Source of the DNA: Rebecca billardiae RCC1528 | Taxonomy: Eukaryota > Protista > Haptophyta | Length of the DNA stretch: 64,000 nucleotides | NCBI GenBank assembly: GCA_965240325.2 | Contig: OZ251226.1 | Coordinates: forward strand, 1,922,001-1,986,000 | Direction: 5' to 3' | Shown: positions 19,144 through 31,628 of the stretch, piece by piece | Layout: every line of letters begins with the position of its first letter | Numbering within the stretch: the first letter of the stretch is position 1 | The notes under the pieces: model-generated | Seen by the model: the letters and a program-made list of their open reading frames with translations, nothing else | Databases searched by the model: none | Told to the model about the DNA's origin: nothing | Made by a program: the position numbers and the translations under genes

Positions 19144-20919
19144 TCAAGCAGCAGACGAGGAGACCGCGTCGACGGCGGCCGCGCTCTCGGGATGCTCTCG
19201 CCGCACGTAGGCCTCGAGGGCCTGCCGGCCGACGCGCACCGCGTCGGGCAGGCGCGCCTCGTCCTCGTACGCGATGTCGTACCTCGGGCCCTGGTACGCC
19301 AGCTCGTGGAACACCTCGATGTCCTTGCGCCAGAACGTGAGCTGCTTGCCGTACACCTGTGAGATCCAGTCGTCCGAGTACCAGTTCTTGAAGGTGGGCG
19401 GGTAGTACCAGCCGAAGATGGCGCGATGCGTGCAGTGGGCGAACGACTGCGTCATCAGCCGCGGGTTGTTGGTGTCCAGCGGGCCGGTCACGCCCACGTT
19501 GGGCAGCACCGGGTTCTCGCGTAGCGTGTCCACCAGCTCCTGCGCCCAGCCGGCCGTGCGCAGGCTGATGTCGTCATTCAGCTGATAGAAGTAACCGCAC
19601 CCGTCGGAGCACGAGCGCTCGAAGAGCGCGTTCCACACCCAGCACGGCGCGCCGCGCATCCCGCGCATCTCGAGCAGCCGCAGCGTGATACGCCCCGCCC
19701 CGACGAGCTCGGCCACCACGCGCTCGAGCTCGAGCCGGTTCGCCGCGTCCGCGTAGAACGGGTCGTCGTCGTCGTGCCCCACGTACACGATGTAACGAAA
19801 CCGGGTAGGGTCGGCGTCGCCGGCGGCCGTGCGGACGAGGGAGGGCAGGAGCACGGTCGTGAGCGCGAGCTCGCGCGCGGTCTGCCCCGGCCTCGCGCGC
19901 GACGCCACGCCCAGCGCGATGCACGCCGGCGGCTGCGGTCGCGCGCCGCCGCCGCTGCCGCCGTCCGCGGGCTCGCCCAGCCGCGCGAGGTTGAAACGCG
20001 TGTGTCCGCAGGATGGCTGCTCGCACGCGCGCCACGGCGGGCCCCGATCGCCGTGCGCGCGGACGGAGACGCCGTCCGTGCCGAGGCCGCGGAAGTTGAG
20101 CAGCGCCCCGCCGCCGTTGCGCAGCCCCTCGCCGTCCACGGCCCACCACGCGTCCTCGTCCTCCTCGCGCGTGCCGTCCGCGCGCACCGTCCACGCCTCC
20201 GGCGCCGGCGGGTAGACCACTCTCACAAACCGGTGTGTGCGGCGGCTGCGCAGGACGAACCAGCCAGGGGCGGTGTCGGGCGCGCCGCCGGGCCGCGGGC
20301 GCGGGATCACGTCAAACTGCGTGTCGCTCTGCGACGGCCGCCATCCCGACGCCACCAGTAGGCCGCCTTCGTCGACGCGGACATAGCGGCGGTTGTGCTC
20401 GCAGTGAATGGCGTGTGCGCTGCCGCTGCCATTCGGAACGCCGCCAAAGCTCCCGTGCTGCGGGCGGGAGAGCCGTGTCCGGGCGCGCGCCGCGCCACGC
20501 GTGCCTGCTTCAGAGGCCCCGCCGTACCACGCGCCGCCAAAGAGCTGCGCGATCCAGCTCCCCGCGGCCTCGTCGCCAGCACGCGCCGACGGCGGGAGCT
20601 CGAGGCCCTTGCTCACAGCATCAGCGACAAAGCGCTCAGCCACCTTCCACAGGAGCTCGTCCTCATCGAGAGCGGGCGGGGCATCGAGCTCGCGAGTGCC
20701 TTGGCTCGTGCGCGACGAGAGGCGATCGAGCCCTCGATCCTTCTGCCCGGAGTGCAGGCGAGGCGCGTACAGCATCCACACCTGCGCGCATGCGCGCGGG
20801 GCCGCCGGGTCGCCGTGTCATCCACAGCGCACACGCCGTGTGGAGCCGGCTCTGGGCGCGGCGCGTACGCAAGTCAGGATGACAAGCGTTGATAGCACGA
20901 TTCCGAGGGCGCGCAGCAT
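19144..20919 (-). CDS. type II membrane GT-A (GT2-like) glycosyltransferase with a beta-trefoil/fascin-like region (intron 20782-20868)
   Basis: Spliced anchor MLRALGIVLSTLVILTC|VWML; YVGHDDDD, YFYQLNDDI, FKNWYSDDWISQVY. Confidence 0.75.
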
Positions 20920-21708
20920 GCCCTCTGCGGGCCACGTGCGATCCTGGCCACGTGGCCTCACAAGCTGTGAGCGATCGGCCCGCCGCCGCGGGCCGCCATC
21001 GTGGCCCGCGTCATCCGTGTACGACGCGATCTGTATTCCCGCAAGCGGCTTATTTCTTTTACTTTTTCACGTCGCCGTGACCGAGACGGCCACTCGCCCG
21101 ACTGGCGAGTGGCGACTCGGCTGCCAGCCTACCAGTCTTCATAGCCGACTGACGTGCCTGGCGATAGTGCCGCGATACGTGCCGGAGACACGCCTGACGC
21201 GCTCAGGCCAAACGGGCACAGCTCGGACGATGAAGTAGTCGTCACTTCGCGCGCGGCGCCATTTTCATCCGGGGTGATCAGCATCGAGTAAGCTAACTCT
21301 GCTAAGCAGTAAGCTCATGTCGTCATGGACATATGATCGATTGATCGCAGACTCGTCTCCGCCTCCGGTCGGTGACCTGACAGTCCTGGGGCTGACTGTC
21401 GCCCGTCTCGCCCGGCACTCGGCAGCCGGCTGGGCGCTGGCACCGAGCAGTGTCAGTGTCACAGCGCCAGCGGCAGCGGGCTGAGGCTAACACTCATCAT
21501 CATGACGCCTGACGGAGTGACCGGCGACGAAGTCAGCGCGCCGCAAGCCAGCCGATCGCCATCTGCCGCTGTCGAAGATTGATTAGCAGACTCATTACTC
21601 ATTAGTCATTAGGACAATGTTGTTATTGATGCCATTCAGATGATCGAATGATGCTGATGTCATCATTATCATGGCAGCATGAGCATCAGCGCGCGCCTGC
21701 AAGTGCCG

Positions 21709-23040
21709 CTACTCCTGACGTGGCCGCTTCTTGTCGGCAGGGGAAGCCAGCCGCTCCTGCTCCTGCCGCGCAGCTACCCCCGCCGTCGCCGCTTTCGCCG
21801 GCGGTGCTGCCCGCTTGTACGCAGCGAGCACATGCCCCGTCGGCTCGACGTTGGTCATTTTGGGGTGCGTGCGGTTTGGCAGCACCTGGTACTCGCGCGC
21901 CCAGCTCTCGTACAAGGTCGAGTTCAGCAGCGGAGCGCCGGCGCCCGAGCCGCACGCGTCCACGCACAGCACGAGGGACTGCACGAAGGAGTTGTACACG
22001 ACCACGCTGCCGGATGGGCGAACGGCGCGCAGCAGCTGCTGCAGCAGGTCGACCGGCGTCGCGCGCATGCAGACGACGAGGCTGTCGGCGCCGGCGTCGA
22101 GCCACGCGCGCACGCCGGCCTTGTCGAGCCGCGCCGCCTTCCGACCGACGTGCACCGCCCGCGAGCCGCCCGCGCCCTCGGCCTCGGCGGCTGCAGGTGC
22201 CGCGCCCGGCGCGCCCGCATCAGCCGCCTCCACCGAGCCCTCGAGCGCGTCGAGCACGTCGTCCAGCGGTGCGGTGCGGACAGCGGCCCAGTGCTGATGC
22301 TCCAGGTTCAGCTGGTGGATCGCGTCAAGCGCGGGGCGGGGCTTGACGTGGGCGATGAGGAGCTCGCCCTCGCCGCCAAGCCGCTCTGCCAGCCCAGCCG
22401 TGAGCACCCCTGCGCCGGTCTCCACGACGAGCGCGCGCGAGCCGGCGCGCACGTTTGAACGCTCCAGCGAAAGCGCCAGCGCGTCTGCGCGGAGCGCGTG
22501 GATGCGGTCCAGCCGCTGCGTGTGGGCATACATCTCGCACAGCTCGGTGGGCGTGGTCTCCAGCAGCTGTACGACCGGCGTGTACTTCTGCGCCTTCTTC
22601 TTGAGCCACTTGTGCTGCGAAAAGGCCGTCTTGCTCTCGAACGTGGCCGAGTTGCGCGCGAGCGTGCTCACGAGCTCGTCGCCCGCGAGCCCGTCGGCTT
22701 TGAGCCGTTCGATGTCCTCTCCCGAGAGCTTTTGCGCCGTGCCGTCGTCGAAGAGCTCCTTATTCGACCGGTCCTCGACGACCCCGGTGTCGCCTGCCTG
22801 CATAGCGCTCTCCCACTCGCGCGCGATCCCGTTGATGTCCTCGGGCAGGCGGTCATCCGCGACGATTCTGCGCCCGTCCACCGCGAGCACAGATCCGTAA
22901 GGCAGGCCAACCAGCTGCTGCGCGGGGAATCGGTCGGTGCCGACCTGCACTTTGCCACTCTTGTCGACGCGCAGCAGCTTCTTCTCCCCGTTTGTCGCGA
23001 TGATCACCCAATCCTCGTCTCGCACGCGGCGTGCAGCCAT
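21709..23040 (-). CDS. TRM6: tRNA m1A58 methyltransferase non-catalytic subunit (Gcd10/Trm6)
   Basis: LVGLPYG; NKELFDDGTAQKLSGEDIERLK; NSATFESKTAFSQHKWLKKKAQKY; ESWAREYQVLPNRTHP. Confidence 0.95.
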   Translation of the reverse strand: MAARRVRDEDWVIIATNGEKKLLRVDKSGKVQVGTDRFPAQQLVGLPYGSVLAVDGRRIVADDRLPEDINGIAREWESAMQAGDTGVVEDRSNKELFDDGTAQKLSGEDIERLKADGLAGDELVSTLARNSATFESKTAFSQHKWLKKKAQKYTPVVQLLETTPTELCEMYAHTQRLDRIHALRADALALSLERSNVRAGSRALVVETGAGVLTAGLAERLGGEGELLIAHVKPRPALDAIHQLNLEHQHWAAVRTAPLDDVLDALEGSVEAADAGAPGAAPAAAEAEGAGGSRAVHVGRKAARLDKAGVRAWLDAGADSLVVCMRATPVDLLQQLLRAVRPSGSVVVYNSFVQSLVLCVDACGSGAGAPLLNSTLYESWAREYQVLPNRTHPKMTNVEPTGHVLAAYKRAAPPAKAATAGVAARQEQERLASPADKKRPRQE

Positions 23041-23312
23041 CGTGCGGCGTTCGCACGTCGACAGGCCCGCAAAAGCCACGCGCGAGTGAGCACTGAGCAA
23101 CCGCGCCACCGCGGTTTTCGCATCCGACGAGTCCGGGAGCCAGCTGGCGCTCGCCCTGGTCCGGAACTTCTGCGGGAATTGAGATTGGCGCGAACGGCCA
23201 TCAGTTTTTGGCAGTGTCTTCTGCTCGCAGACGCGTCCAGTGACTCCAGTCGAACATCGCGCGACTAGACATCGGCACGCGCGACACCAACGCGATGACG
23301 AGAATAGCAACG

Positions 23313-24374
23313 ATGCCGTGGGCAAGGCGGGTGCGCAGCGGTGGGAGCGAGACCATCCTCCTCACGGACATCAACGACACGTCGAAGAGCACCGTCCTCG
23401 CCCTCAAGTGCGACGTGACAGCGAACAAGACACCCGAGACGTGTGCGCTGTGCTGTGAGACGATGGACGAGCAGTCGGCGATGCGGTGCAAGGTATTCCT
23501 CCCCGGTGCGCCCATGTCGACGAGCTGCGGGCATGCCTTCTGCTGGTCCTGTCTATGCAAGGAGACGCGTCGAGTCGCGGCGGTCGACGTCGACTTCGAC
23601 TCGCTCAAGCTGCGCGATGCGCACGTCCTGTGCCCGTTCGTGCAGGACTTGAGCGCGTGGCGAGTCCTGGCCGACGCGCACGAGGAGGGCAAGCTCGTTG
23701 ACCTGCTCGACGGCATCCCACCGGTCGAGGCATCGGATGAGGTCTCCACTCTCTTCGAGTCGTTCGCCGCCATGGAGTTCACGATGCGGAGCGCGCTCGT
23801 GAAGGACGCGGTTGCCGCGTGCGGCTGCGCGAGCGCGCCGTTCACCGACCGCCAGCTGGCGATGGCGTGCGACGACGCGTCGTTTGACATGTACTCGCGC
23901 GCACGCGCGCGCGTGCGCGATGACGCGATCTTCAGCGCTGCGCAAGAGGAGGTCGTGGAGACAGTGATGGGCCTGCGCGCCGCCTTCGACCAGAAGCGCG
24001 ACTTCAACGTGCGCCACGGCCTGCTCGCCAAGCAGCTCAAGAACCAGATGCCCCGCGCGCGGCAGTGCGGCCGCTGCTTCTTCGGCCCGGTGGACCACTT
24101 TGCATGCGGTGACCTGCAGGCGCATCACAACCAGGGCATCGGCCGAGCTGGCGCGCGCGTGAACAACAGCTGCCCCAAGTGCGGCTGGTTCTCTGCCGAG
24201 CTGCGCGATTGGCCAGAGTGGGACGGCGAGCTCACGCCGTGCCTCGACGACCTGGTAGACTTCAGCTCGGCGCCGCGGCGTGAGTTCAAGGACGCGGCGA
24301 CAGCGACGGAGGTCATGCCGGCGCTCACTGCATTCGCTCGATGGACTATTCCGCGCCGAGCGCGGTCGGCGTAG
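23313..24374 (+). CDS. RING-like zinc-binding protein (RBR/IBR-like C-terminus)
   Basis: CALCC...CGHAFCWSC...CP; C-terminal QCGRCFFGPVDHFACGDL..HH...NSCPKCGWF. Alternative ATG at 23295. Confidence 0.7.
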   Translation: MPWARRVRSGGSETILLTDINDTSKSTVLALKCDVTANKTPETCALCCETMDEQSAMRCKVFLPGAPMSTSCGHAFCWSCLCKETRRVAAVDVDFDSLKLRDAHVLCPFVQDLSAWRVLADAHEEGKLVDLLDGIPPVEASDEVSTLFESFAAMEFTMRSALVKDAVAACGCASAPFTDRQLAMACDDASFDMYSRARARVRDDAIFSAAQEEVVETVMGLRAAFDQKRDFNVRHGLLAKQLKNQMPRARQCGRCFFGPVDHFACGDLQAHHNQGIGRAGARVNNSCPKCGWFSAELRDWPEWDGELTPCLDDLVDFSSAPRREFKDAATATEVMPALTAFARWTIPRRARSA

Positions 24375-25424
24375 TGCCCGGACTATTGTGACACGATTCG
24401 AGATCATTCCCGCAGATGAGAGTGCACTGAAGAAAAACAGTTCGCGCGATAAGAGTGGCCCGCTAGATAGTTATTAATGACGATATCGCGGCTCCAGCTG
24501 ACTGCCGAGTAACTGCCTACTCTCTACACAGTCTACTCTGCTGCTCGGACAGGCGGACAGAATACTAGCTCGATCGGCTACAGAGTACAGTACTGACTGT
24601 AGAGTACTCGGATGGCGGCGTCGTCCTGTCTTATGTCTAAATGTAGTCAGCTCATTCACTGCTGTGAGACTATAGTAACGCTGCCTGCTATTTCATGTAG
24701 AGTACGTATTCACTACGACTGTACATAGCATGCCTCAGCAGAGTCCGAACTAGTCGTAGAGACACTACCGCGCTGTAAGCTACTTACCCGACGACTTCTC
24801 AGAGTTCTCTGAGTACTTCTGAACTAGTTCACGGTCCGTCTCTGGTCTCGGAGCCACTGCTGTGCCTATTCATCGATCTAAAATTTGGCATGATGTGCGC
24901 TATGTCAAGTAATAATAATATTGGTGCCAGCTGCTTCTTGAATCATTGACTCTTTGTCGCGGCGAGTTTGAATTATTATTATTAGCTATACCGAATATAT
25001 CAAAAAGACGAAGCCTCTAAGTCTAACCTAATAATTGGCACCGTGTACATAGAGCTATAAGTTAATATTTGACGAGATCATAATATTCATCATAATAAAT
25101 TATTATTATTATTATTAAATAATAATAATAATTATAAGTGAGATTGCCGGCGGACCGCGCACTCGCGCATCTTATGCGACCACAAGTGTGCACGTTAAAA
25201 CATAGAAAACTGTAACCCGTACGGCGCCTCGGCGCCTTCACCGTTCACGGCTTTATCAGGCGGTCCGATTCAACACGATTCGTCAGAGTCTGCTGCTGGC
25301 CGTGACCAATTCGCGAGTTCACGCGCCGCGGGCGGCGGATCCGGTGCTGCGTGACACATCACCCAGCCACTAGCCAGTGCTCCCACGTCGGCGGGGCGCG
25401 GGCGCCAGGCGCATCTGCGTCTCG

Positions 25425-26066
25425 TCAATCATCGGCAGTTGCGGGAGCAGCCTCTTGGCTCGCGGGAGCCCCGGCATTTGGCGCTGTTGCGCTCTCCTCC
25501 TGGTCCTCTGCAGGTGCCGCCGCCGCTGCTGGCGCCTCAAGCTGCTTCTGCTCGCCGGGAGCAGGGACATCTGCGACTGGGGCGCCCGGCAGCGATTCAG
25601 ATTTGGGGTGGCCCATGATGGTCTCACGAAGGACCTCCATCCTTCGCTGCGCCTCCCACCACGGGCGGTACATCAGTGCATCGGGGAAAGACCGTCCCGT
25701 GACGGCGACGCGCGTCTCGTATGTGCAGTCGGCGAGGCCCTCTGCACGCTCAGCCTCCTCCAACTTGGCGTGGTATTCTTTTTCGATCTCTGCACGAACG
25801 TAGTTCTTCCCAAGCTCTTCCCACGTCTGACGTGCCTGGCTAGAGCGCGCAATCTCCATTCGACGCTTGGCCTCGTCGCTCGTGCGGTAGAAGAGACTGT
25901 CATTTTGGCGCCGGCCAGTGACGGCCTGCCGTGTTGCCTCTGTGAAGTCTGTGAGGGCACCGTTTGCCGCGGCTTGTCTGCTGGCCTCTGAGCAGTCCGG
26001 GAGGCGCTCGCTCGGATCGACGTCGTCCCAGAAGCGCTGGCGCCCGGTCTCGAGGAGGGCGTGCAT
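25425..26066 (-). CDS. hypothetical protein
   Basis: 213-aa ORF with normal composition, a helical/coiled-coil middle and an acidic Ala-rich tail. Confidence 0.6.
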   Translation of the reverse strand: MHALLETGRQRFWDDVDPSERLPDCSEASRQAAANGALTDFTEATRQAVTGRRQNDSLFYRTSDEAKRRMEIARSSQARQTWEELGKNYVRAEIEKEYHAKLEEAERAEGLADCTYETRVAVTGRSFPDALMYRPWWEAQRRMEVLRETIMGHPKSESLPGAPVADVPAPGEQKQLEAPAAAAAPAEDQEESATAPNAGAPASQEAAPATADD

Positions 26067-26272
26067 CGACAGCCGAGGGCGGAGGGCGGAAGGCGGCGGC
26101 GGCCTGCTCGCAGTCGGCTAGAAGAATTCGTCAGTGCAACGCTGCAGGTCCGGATGGTGTCGTCGCAGGGGCGTTCCCCGCGCGGGTCATGCGCCAATAA
26201 AAACTCACGCGCGAAAACAAAGCGCGGAAAATGAAAACGCGCTTGGCGCCGAAGGCGCGCTGGCGTCGATGG

Positions 26273-27174
26273 GCGCTTGGCGCGCGCGCGGCGCGGCGCG
26301 CTGCGGCCGTCGAGTTGCCATGCGAAGGCGGCGCGTTGCGTGCGTGGCATCGGAACGCTGCCGTGCTCCGCATTGCGCCCCGCAGCTCGCTCCTCGTCGA
26401 CTTTGCTGCGCCTACGATCAGCGCGCACGCGAGCGTCGCCTCGGAATGAGCAGCCCGCGCCAGCCTCAGCCGTGAGCACCCGCCTGGCGCGCGATGCGAT
26501 CAACTCGGAGCACGAGCTGCGGCTGAGCGAGGAAGCATGTGCCTGCGCGCAAGCCGCGCCGCCTTGAGACATCGATCGTGCGCGTTGATGCAGCTTCAGA
26601 CGGCTGTCGACGAATGCCCATCAGCCTGCACGAGCCTTGCATGCAGTGGAGATGAAACAACAGACCGTGAGCGCCCTGAAGCGATGAATAGGAGTCTTCG
26701 GGTTGCGTGTGCGCGCAGTGACTCGTGTACATCCATGCATCGCCTGCGCGCGTGGCTGCCGTCATGCCTTGCTTAAGTAGTTGCTCTGATAAGGAGTCCT
26801 TTCAAGGACACCGCGACAATGCGCAAGGGCAAGAAGAATAGTTGCGTGCAAGGTGCGTGCCCTGCTCACGATCGGTGTCTCAAGGCGGCGCGGCTTGCGC
26901 GCAGGCACATGCTTCCTCGCCCAGCCGCAGCTCGTGCCCCGAGTTGATCGCATCGCGCGCCAGGCGGGCGCTCACGGCTGAGGCCGGCGCGGGCTGCTCA
27001 TTCCGAGGCGACGCTGGCGTGCGCGCTGATCGTAGGCGCAGCAAAGTCGACGAGGAGCGAGCTGCGGGGCGCAATGCGGAGCACGGCAGCGTTCCGATGC
27101 CACGCACGCAACGCGCCGCCTTCGCATGGCAACTCGACGGCCGCAGCGCGCCGCGCCGCGCGCGCGCCAAGCGC
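26273..27174. repeat. long inverted repeat / fold-back palindrome 2
   Basis: Arms 26273-26580 and 26867-27174 are reverse complements with few mismatches. Confidence 0.95.
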
Positions 27175-27225
27175 TGTTGCGCCGCAGTCCGGGTTGGCGG
27201 CCGCCACTGCCGCAGCGCCAGTCCG

Positions 27226-27261
27226 GAAGGCAAAGCCCCCGCAGCGGGGGCTTTGCTTTTC
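27226..27261. repeat. short perfect GC hairpin followed by T-run
   Basis: GCAAAGCCCCCGC-A-GCGGGGGCTTTGC-TTTT. Confidence 0.8.
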
Positions 27262-27578
27262 AGGAGCGTGTGGCAGGATCCCGGGAACGCCCTTGAGGAC
27301 ACCGGAGCGGCGGCGCCAGGCTGGAGGCCCAGGCCCGGACGCGCGCGCAGCGGTCGCTCGGCGGCGTACGCGATGTCGGTGCGCGCGATGTCGGCCGCGC
27401 AGCATTCGCGCCCCCCCCACCCTCCCCCGTGCGCGCCGTCGCAACCCGCTCCTGAGAAATTGGCGCCGTCCGCCATCGCCCGTGGCGCTCCTGCCGCCCG
27501 CTGTGCCCCTGGTAGGAGCGTGGTCGGAAGCGGCCGGCGCCAACATCGCCCGAGCCAACAAGCCCAAGGCTAGGATCC

Positions 27579-28311
27579 ATGAACGACACGTGCCCCGAGC
27601 TGTCCTCGCACCTGCAGGCGGAGGAGCGCGCGATCCGAACAGAGACCTTCTCCGCCGTGCTGAATGGAGAGCTCATCCAGCGCTCAAAGGACGCAAAGGC
27701 CCTGGTGGCGGACGTGCACGAAGTGAGCTCGCACGAGGAGGCCATCGAAAAGGGGCTGGTGAAGCGTGTGCTCGCGGCGCTCCACGGGACTCACCGCATG
27801 AGCGTGCAGCTGACGACGTGGCTCGGCACATTCACGCCGCCGCTGAGCGTGGGCGGGAACGCGGGCGTCAGCGCCGAGGTGCAGGACGGCATCTTCTCCA
27901 ACATGCAGCAGCTCGTGCAGACGTGCTCGGACGGCCTGCACCGCATGCTCGCGTTCGAGAAGGAGCGGGCCATGATGCGCCTCAAATGCCTCGAGGAGAA
28001 GGCAGGCTCCGAGTCCGAGCGCGAGGCGGTGTGGCGCCGGTACGAGTCCGCGCTCGAGGAGAACCAACTGCACGAGCTGCGAAAGGTGCGCCGCATGCGC
28101 GTGCCTGCTTGGCGCGGCAGCCCGTTGCCTGTGTCCGCCCAGGTGACCAGGCTCGCGCCCGCCCGGCGCTGCGCTGCGTCACCTACCCGCGATGCGCGCG
28201 GCACAGACTTGCCTCACGCTCAACGCAGATTTGCTATGCGTGGCCCACACGCTGAAGAACAATGGCGAGCATCTCACGACACACAGCAACCAGAATTTGA
28301 CCATGTTCTGA
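27579..28311 (+). CDS. divergent proteasome activator PA28/REG (PSME3-like) (intron 28086-28206)
   Basis: WLGTFTPPLSVGGNAGVSAEVQD resembles the PA28 activation loop (WIQLLIP.IEDGNNFGVSIQE). The spliced end LKNNGEHL...NLTMF* resembles the PA28 C-terminus. Confidence 0.65.
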
Positions 28312-28695
28312 TATTGGGCTTCCGCCTGCAGCGCACACGGCAGCGCACGTCGCTCGCCCCTCGGGTGTTTGCAGCCTGGCAGCACAGAATCTTGCACGGA
28401 TCTTCATTCCTTTGGACAACTTACTTGCACGGCGAGCATCGGCTTTGTACGTCATCAACGATGACAGCTCTATTTGTCGATCATCAGCGCCGCCTTGCAG
28501 GGAACTCCAGTCCTAGAACGGCCACTTGCGGGAGGGCGACTCGTCGGGCCACTAGCATCAAGAGCACGAGTCCGACTTCTCCGGTCACTAGTCGTTGCGA
28601 CGACATTCATCGATGGTACTTCAGCTACGGTACCGTGGAGTGTGGAGTTGGACCAGTACGGTCAGCAGCAGACTGAGACTACGGCGTAATATTAA

Positions 28696-30371
28696 TGGCC
28701 CGCGGTGCAGGGCGGAGCGCGCAGCGTGGAGCCCGCACCAGCGGGCCCGAACAACGTTTCAAAAAGATCTTTGATCAAGAAAAAAGGGACGGGGGACGAT
28801 TTTCATGGCTGGAGGAGACCGAGTTTCGAATTTTGAGACCCTCTCTAACACTATGCATCACTGCCGAAAAAGGTCGCGCCCACGGCAAGTTCATAGTAAA
28901 GCGTGGAGTGACGCCCGTCCAAAACACTTCACGCCCTTTAGGATCCCTAACGTAACGAACCGTTACAAGCGATTTTTCCGGCCAATGAGATTGCAGCAAG
29001 GTCCAAGGAGCGATGACGTATCTAGATAGAGATTGCCGCGAACCGATGTGACCATGTACGTCCCTTGAATCAGTTGTGAATCAACTATTCAATCGCGCCG
29101 TGTCTGTATCAGGAGCCGACGAGGCAAGGGTCAGTAGCCGATGGGCCAACCTCGGCGAATCTCAATACTATCTGACGCGAACGGACTTGGTTGGGCGCGC
29201 GCGTGGCCCCGGGCGGCGGCCCACCAGAGGCGGCCCGCGTTTGGAGGCGAGCCACGGGCACGAGGCTCACTCGAGCGACCGACGGGTGAGGACGGCGATG
29301 GGCAGGTGCGCGCGGCGAATGGCGCCTGGAGCGCGCGGCTGCGGCGGGTCCCGACTGCCGTCGACATCGCGTTCGTCGTGCCCCCGCTCACTCCGCGCGC
29401 CCCCGCCGCCCCTGCCGCCCTGTCGATGCCTCGGCGCGGCTTTGCGCGGCCCCGGCGCGTCCGCGAGCCGGCGCCGCAGCCGCCGCCCTGTGTTCGGGCT
29501 CTCGCAAGCTCGGGGGCAGCGGCGCCTGATGCCGGACTGATCGATCTCTGAGCCTTCGACTTCACCACGCGCCGCCCTTGCCATGCCTTTCCGGGGTCTC
29601 CCAGAACTCTTCTTGATTGAGAGAGAGCAGGCGCGCCGACGATCCGAGTCCATCGTCGGTCGACTCTGAGCGAGGGCTACGCCTCGGAACTGAACGGTAC
29701 TCTACGAGGAGGACGAGCTGCGCGGGCGACGGTGGTGCGTGACGTCCCCAGAGCTGGCCGTGCCTCTGCAACGCGTGCCGAGCCTGATCGAGGTGTGTCA
29801 GCTGCCCGTGCACGCGCGGCGAGTGCGCGAACCGGATCACCGCGGTGCCCTCGCACCTCGGCACCGTGCTCCCTCGGGCTGTCAGCTCCGCGTGGCCTGG
29901 CGTGCACGTAGAGTTGCGCTCATGCGTCGATCACGCCTCGCGCCCGCCTGTCGGCCGTCGCGCAGGCGCTGGTCGAACCCTACTCGGACCCTACTCCTCC
30001 AGCCCTACTCCCGGGCGCTGCCGGCGCGGGGGGTGACCCCGGGGACAGCGGTCAGCAGCAGCGGCCCGAACGAATCCGCGGCCCCGCACCGTGCTCCCTG
30101 GCTGTCAGCTCCGCGTGGCCTGGTGTGCACGTGGAGTCGCGCTCATGCGTCGATCACGCCTCGTCGCATCCGCCTGTACACAATCGGCGCCGCGCCGGCG
30201 GCTGCAATGGGCCCGCCCGGCGCGGCGGGCGGCGGCGCGCCGCTGATGGAGTCTAGTTGTACGGGCATATGCAACTGGTCTGTCAATAGACGACTGCGAC
30301 GGAGGGTGCACCGCCACCGCGGGCCCTGAACTACGTTCGTTCTACGGAAAAAGGACCGCGGAACGCGGTCA
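28696..30371 (+). mobile_element. non-autonomous element A with Helitron2/Helentron-like ends
   Basis: 5' GGCCCGCGGTG (28697); subterminal inverted copy CACCGCGGGCC (30315-30325); terminal hairpin GACCGCG-GAA-CGCGGTC (30354-30370); sits between A and T with no clear TSD. Confidence 0.75.
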
Positions 30372-31628
30372 TAATAACGATGTAATATTTATTAGTAATT
30401 ACGTAACGTCGTAGTCGTTATGCTCACTACTCAATTCTCAATCAATGATGCAGAATGCTTCCGCCCGCCTGAATGCGCGGCCGCCCGGACCGCGTCTGAT
30501 AAGATTTCATCATCAGTCGGTATCACTTTTCACTAGAATCAGATTATCAGTGATGTCGTCATCGTGCAATAAGTCATCGTCTTAAACTTTAGTCTTTATA
30601 ATAAGATGAAAATGTCAACATTATTTAATATAAAAATTTGGACTCGGCCTCGGCAATCCGTGATGAATAATCGGTCGTACATGAGTAGTAGGATGCTATG
30701 ATCTTCAGCAGCATATCACTTTTAAATTATCGTCAAATGTTATTATAATATATATAGTATTAGTAATAACTACATATGAAGTATAAGCGCTAAGGTCACG
30801 GTGTCCGCGATCGCAGACCTGAAAGGCTGAATTACCTGCATGATCATGACGGAGCCTAGTTCCGAAGAGTCGTAGACCGCGCGAGTATAGTAGTTATATA
30901 ATTTCCGTCTAATATCCGATGCAACGCCAAGCTAATAATGGCCCGCGGTGCAGGGCGGAGCGCGCATCGTGGAGCCCGCACCAGCGGGCCGGAACCACGT
31001 TTCAAAAAGATCTTTGATCAAGAAAAAGGGACGCGGGGGCCGATTTTTAGGGCTGGCGGAGACCGAGTTTCGAATTTTGAGACCCTCTCTACAGATGCAT
31101 CACGGAGAAAAAAACCGCGTCCACGACATTCCCCTAATCAATCGTGGACGGCCGGGCGTGAGAGTTCACTTCTGTGTGAAGTAGGACGGTTACAAGTCCA
31201 ATACAAGCGTCAGCTTCTTTGAGGCTATTTTTGCACGTCCTTACGGGATCAGCGAAGTAACCAACCGATATATATTGGCTTCGTCGGGGTCGTATTCACT
31301 ACTGGAGAACATTTGCACCGCGCTTCGTATTCATATGTATGGTTCACGCAGGCATAAAATCGCTTCGTCGGGGTCGTATCCACTATACTCATTCTATGAT
31401 TTAACGACACAGGTAGGACGGCGCAGGTCTCCTGATTCGTCGTCGGCAGTGCCCGATCGTCGACACGAAGTCGGCGCTGGTGGCAGAGCATAGCCTGAAC
31501 CGCGATCGAATGGCTTGAGCGCGGCCTTGAGCTGCTGGAGCGCGATCCACCTGCGCTGCGCGGCTCGCATGGACCTGCTGTGCCCCGAGCGAGGGCGAGG
31601 GTGCAGGTCCGGATGTCAGACGGCCGTC

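Noticed and set aside
31249-31491. GIY-YIG endonuclease fragment (KPIYIG)
   Set aside because: No upstream GIY-like motif or downstream R/H/E/N residues; the ORF is built from a short local duplication.
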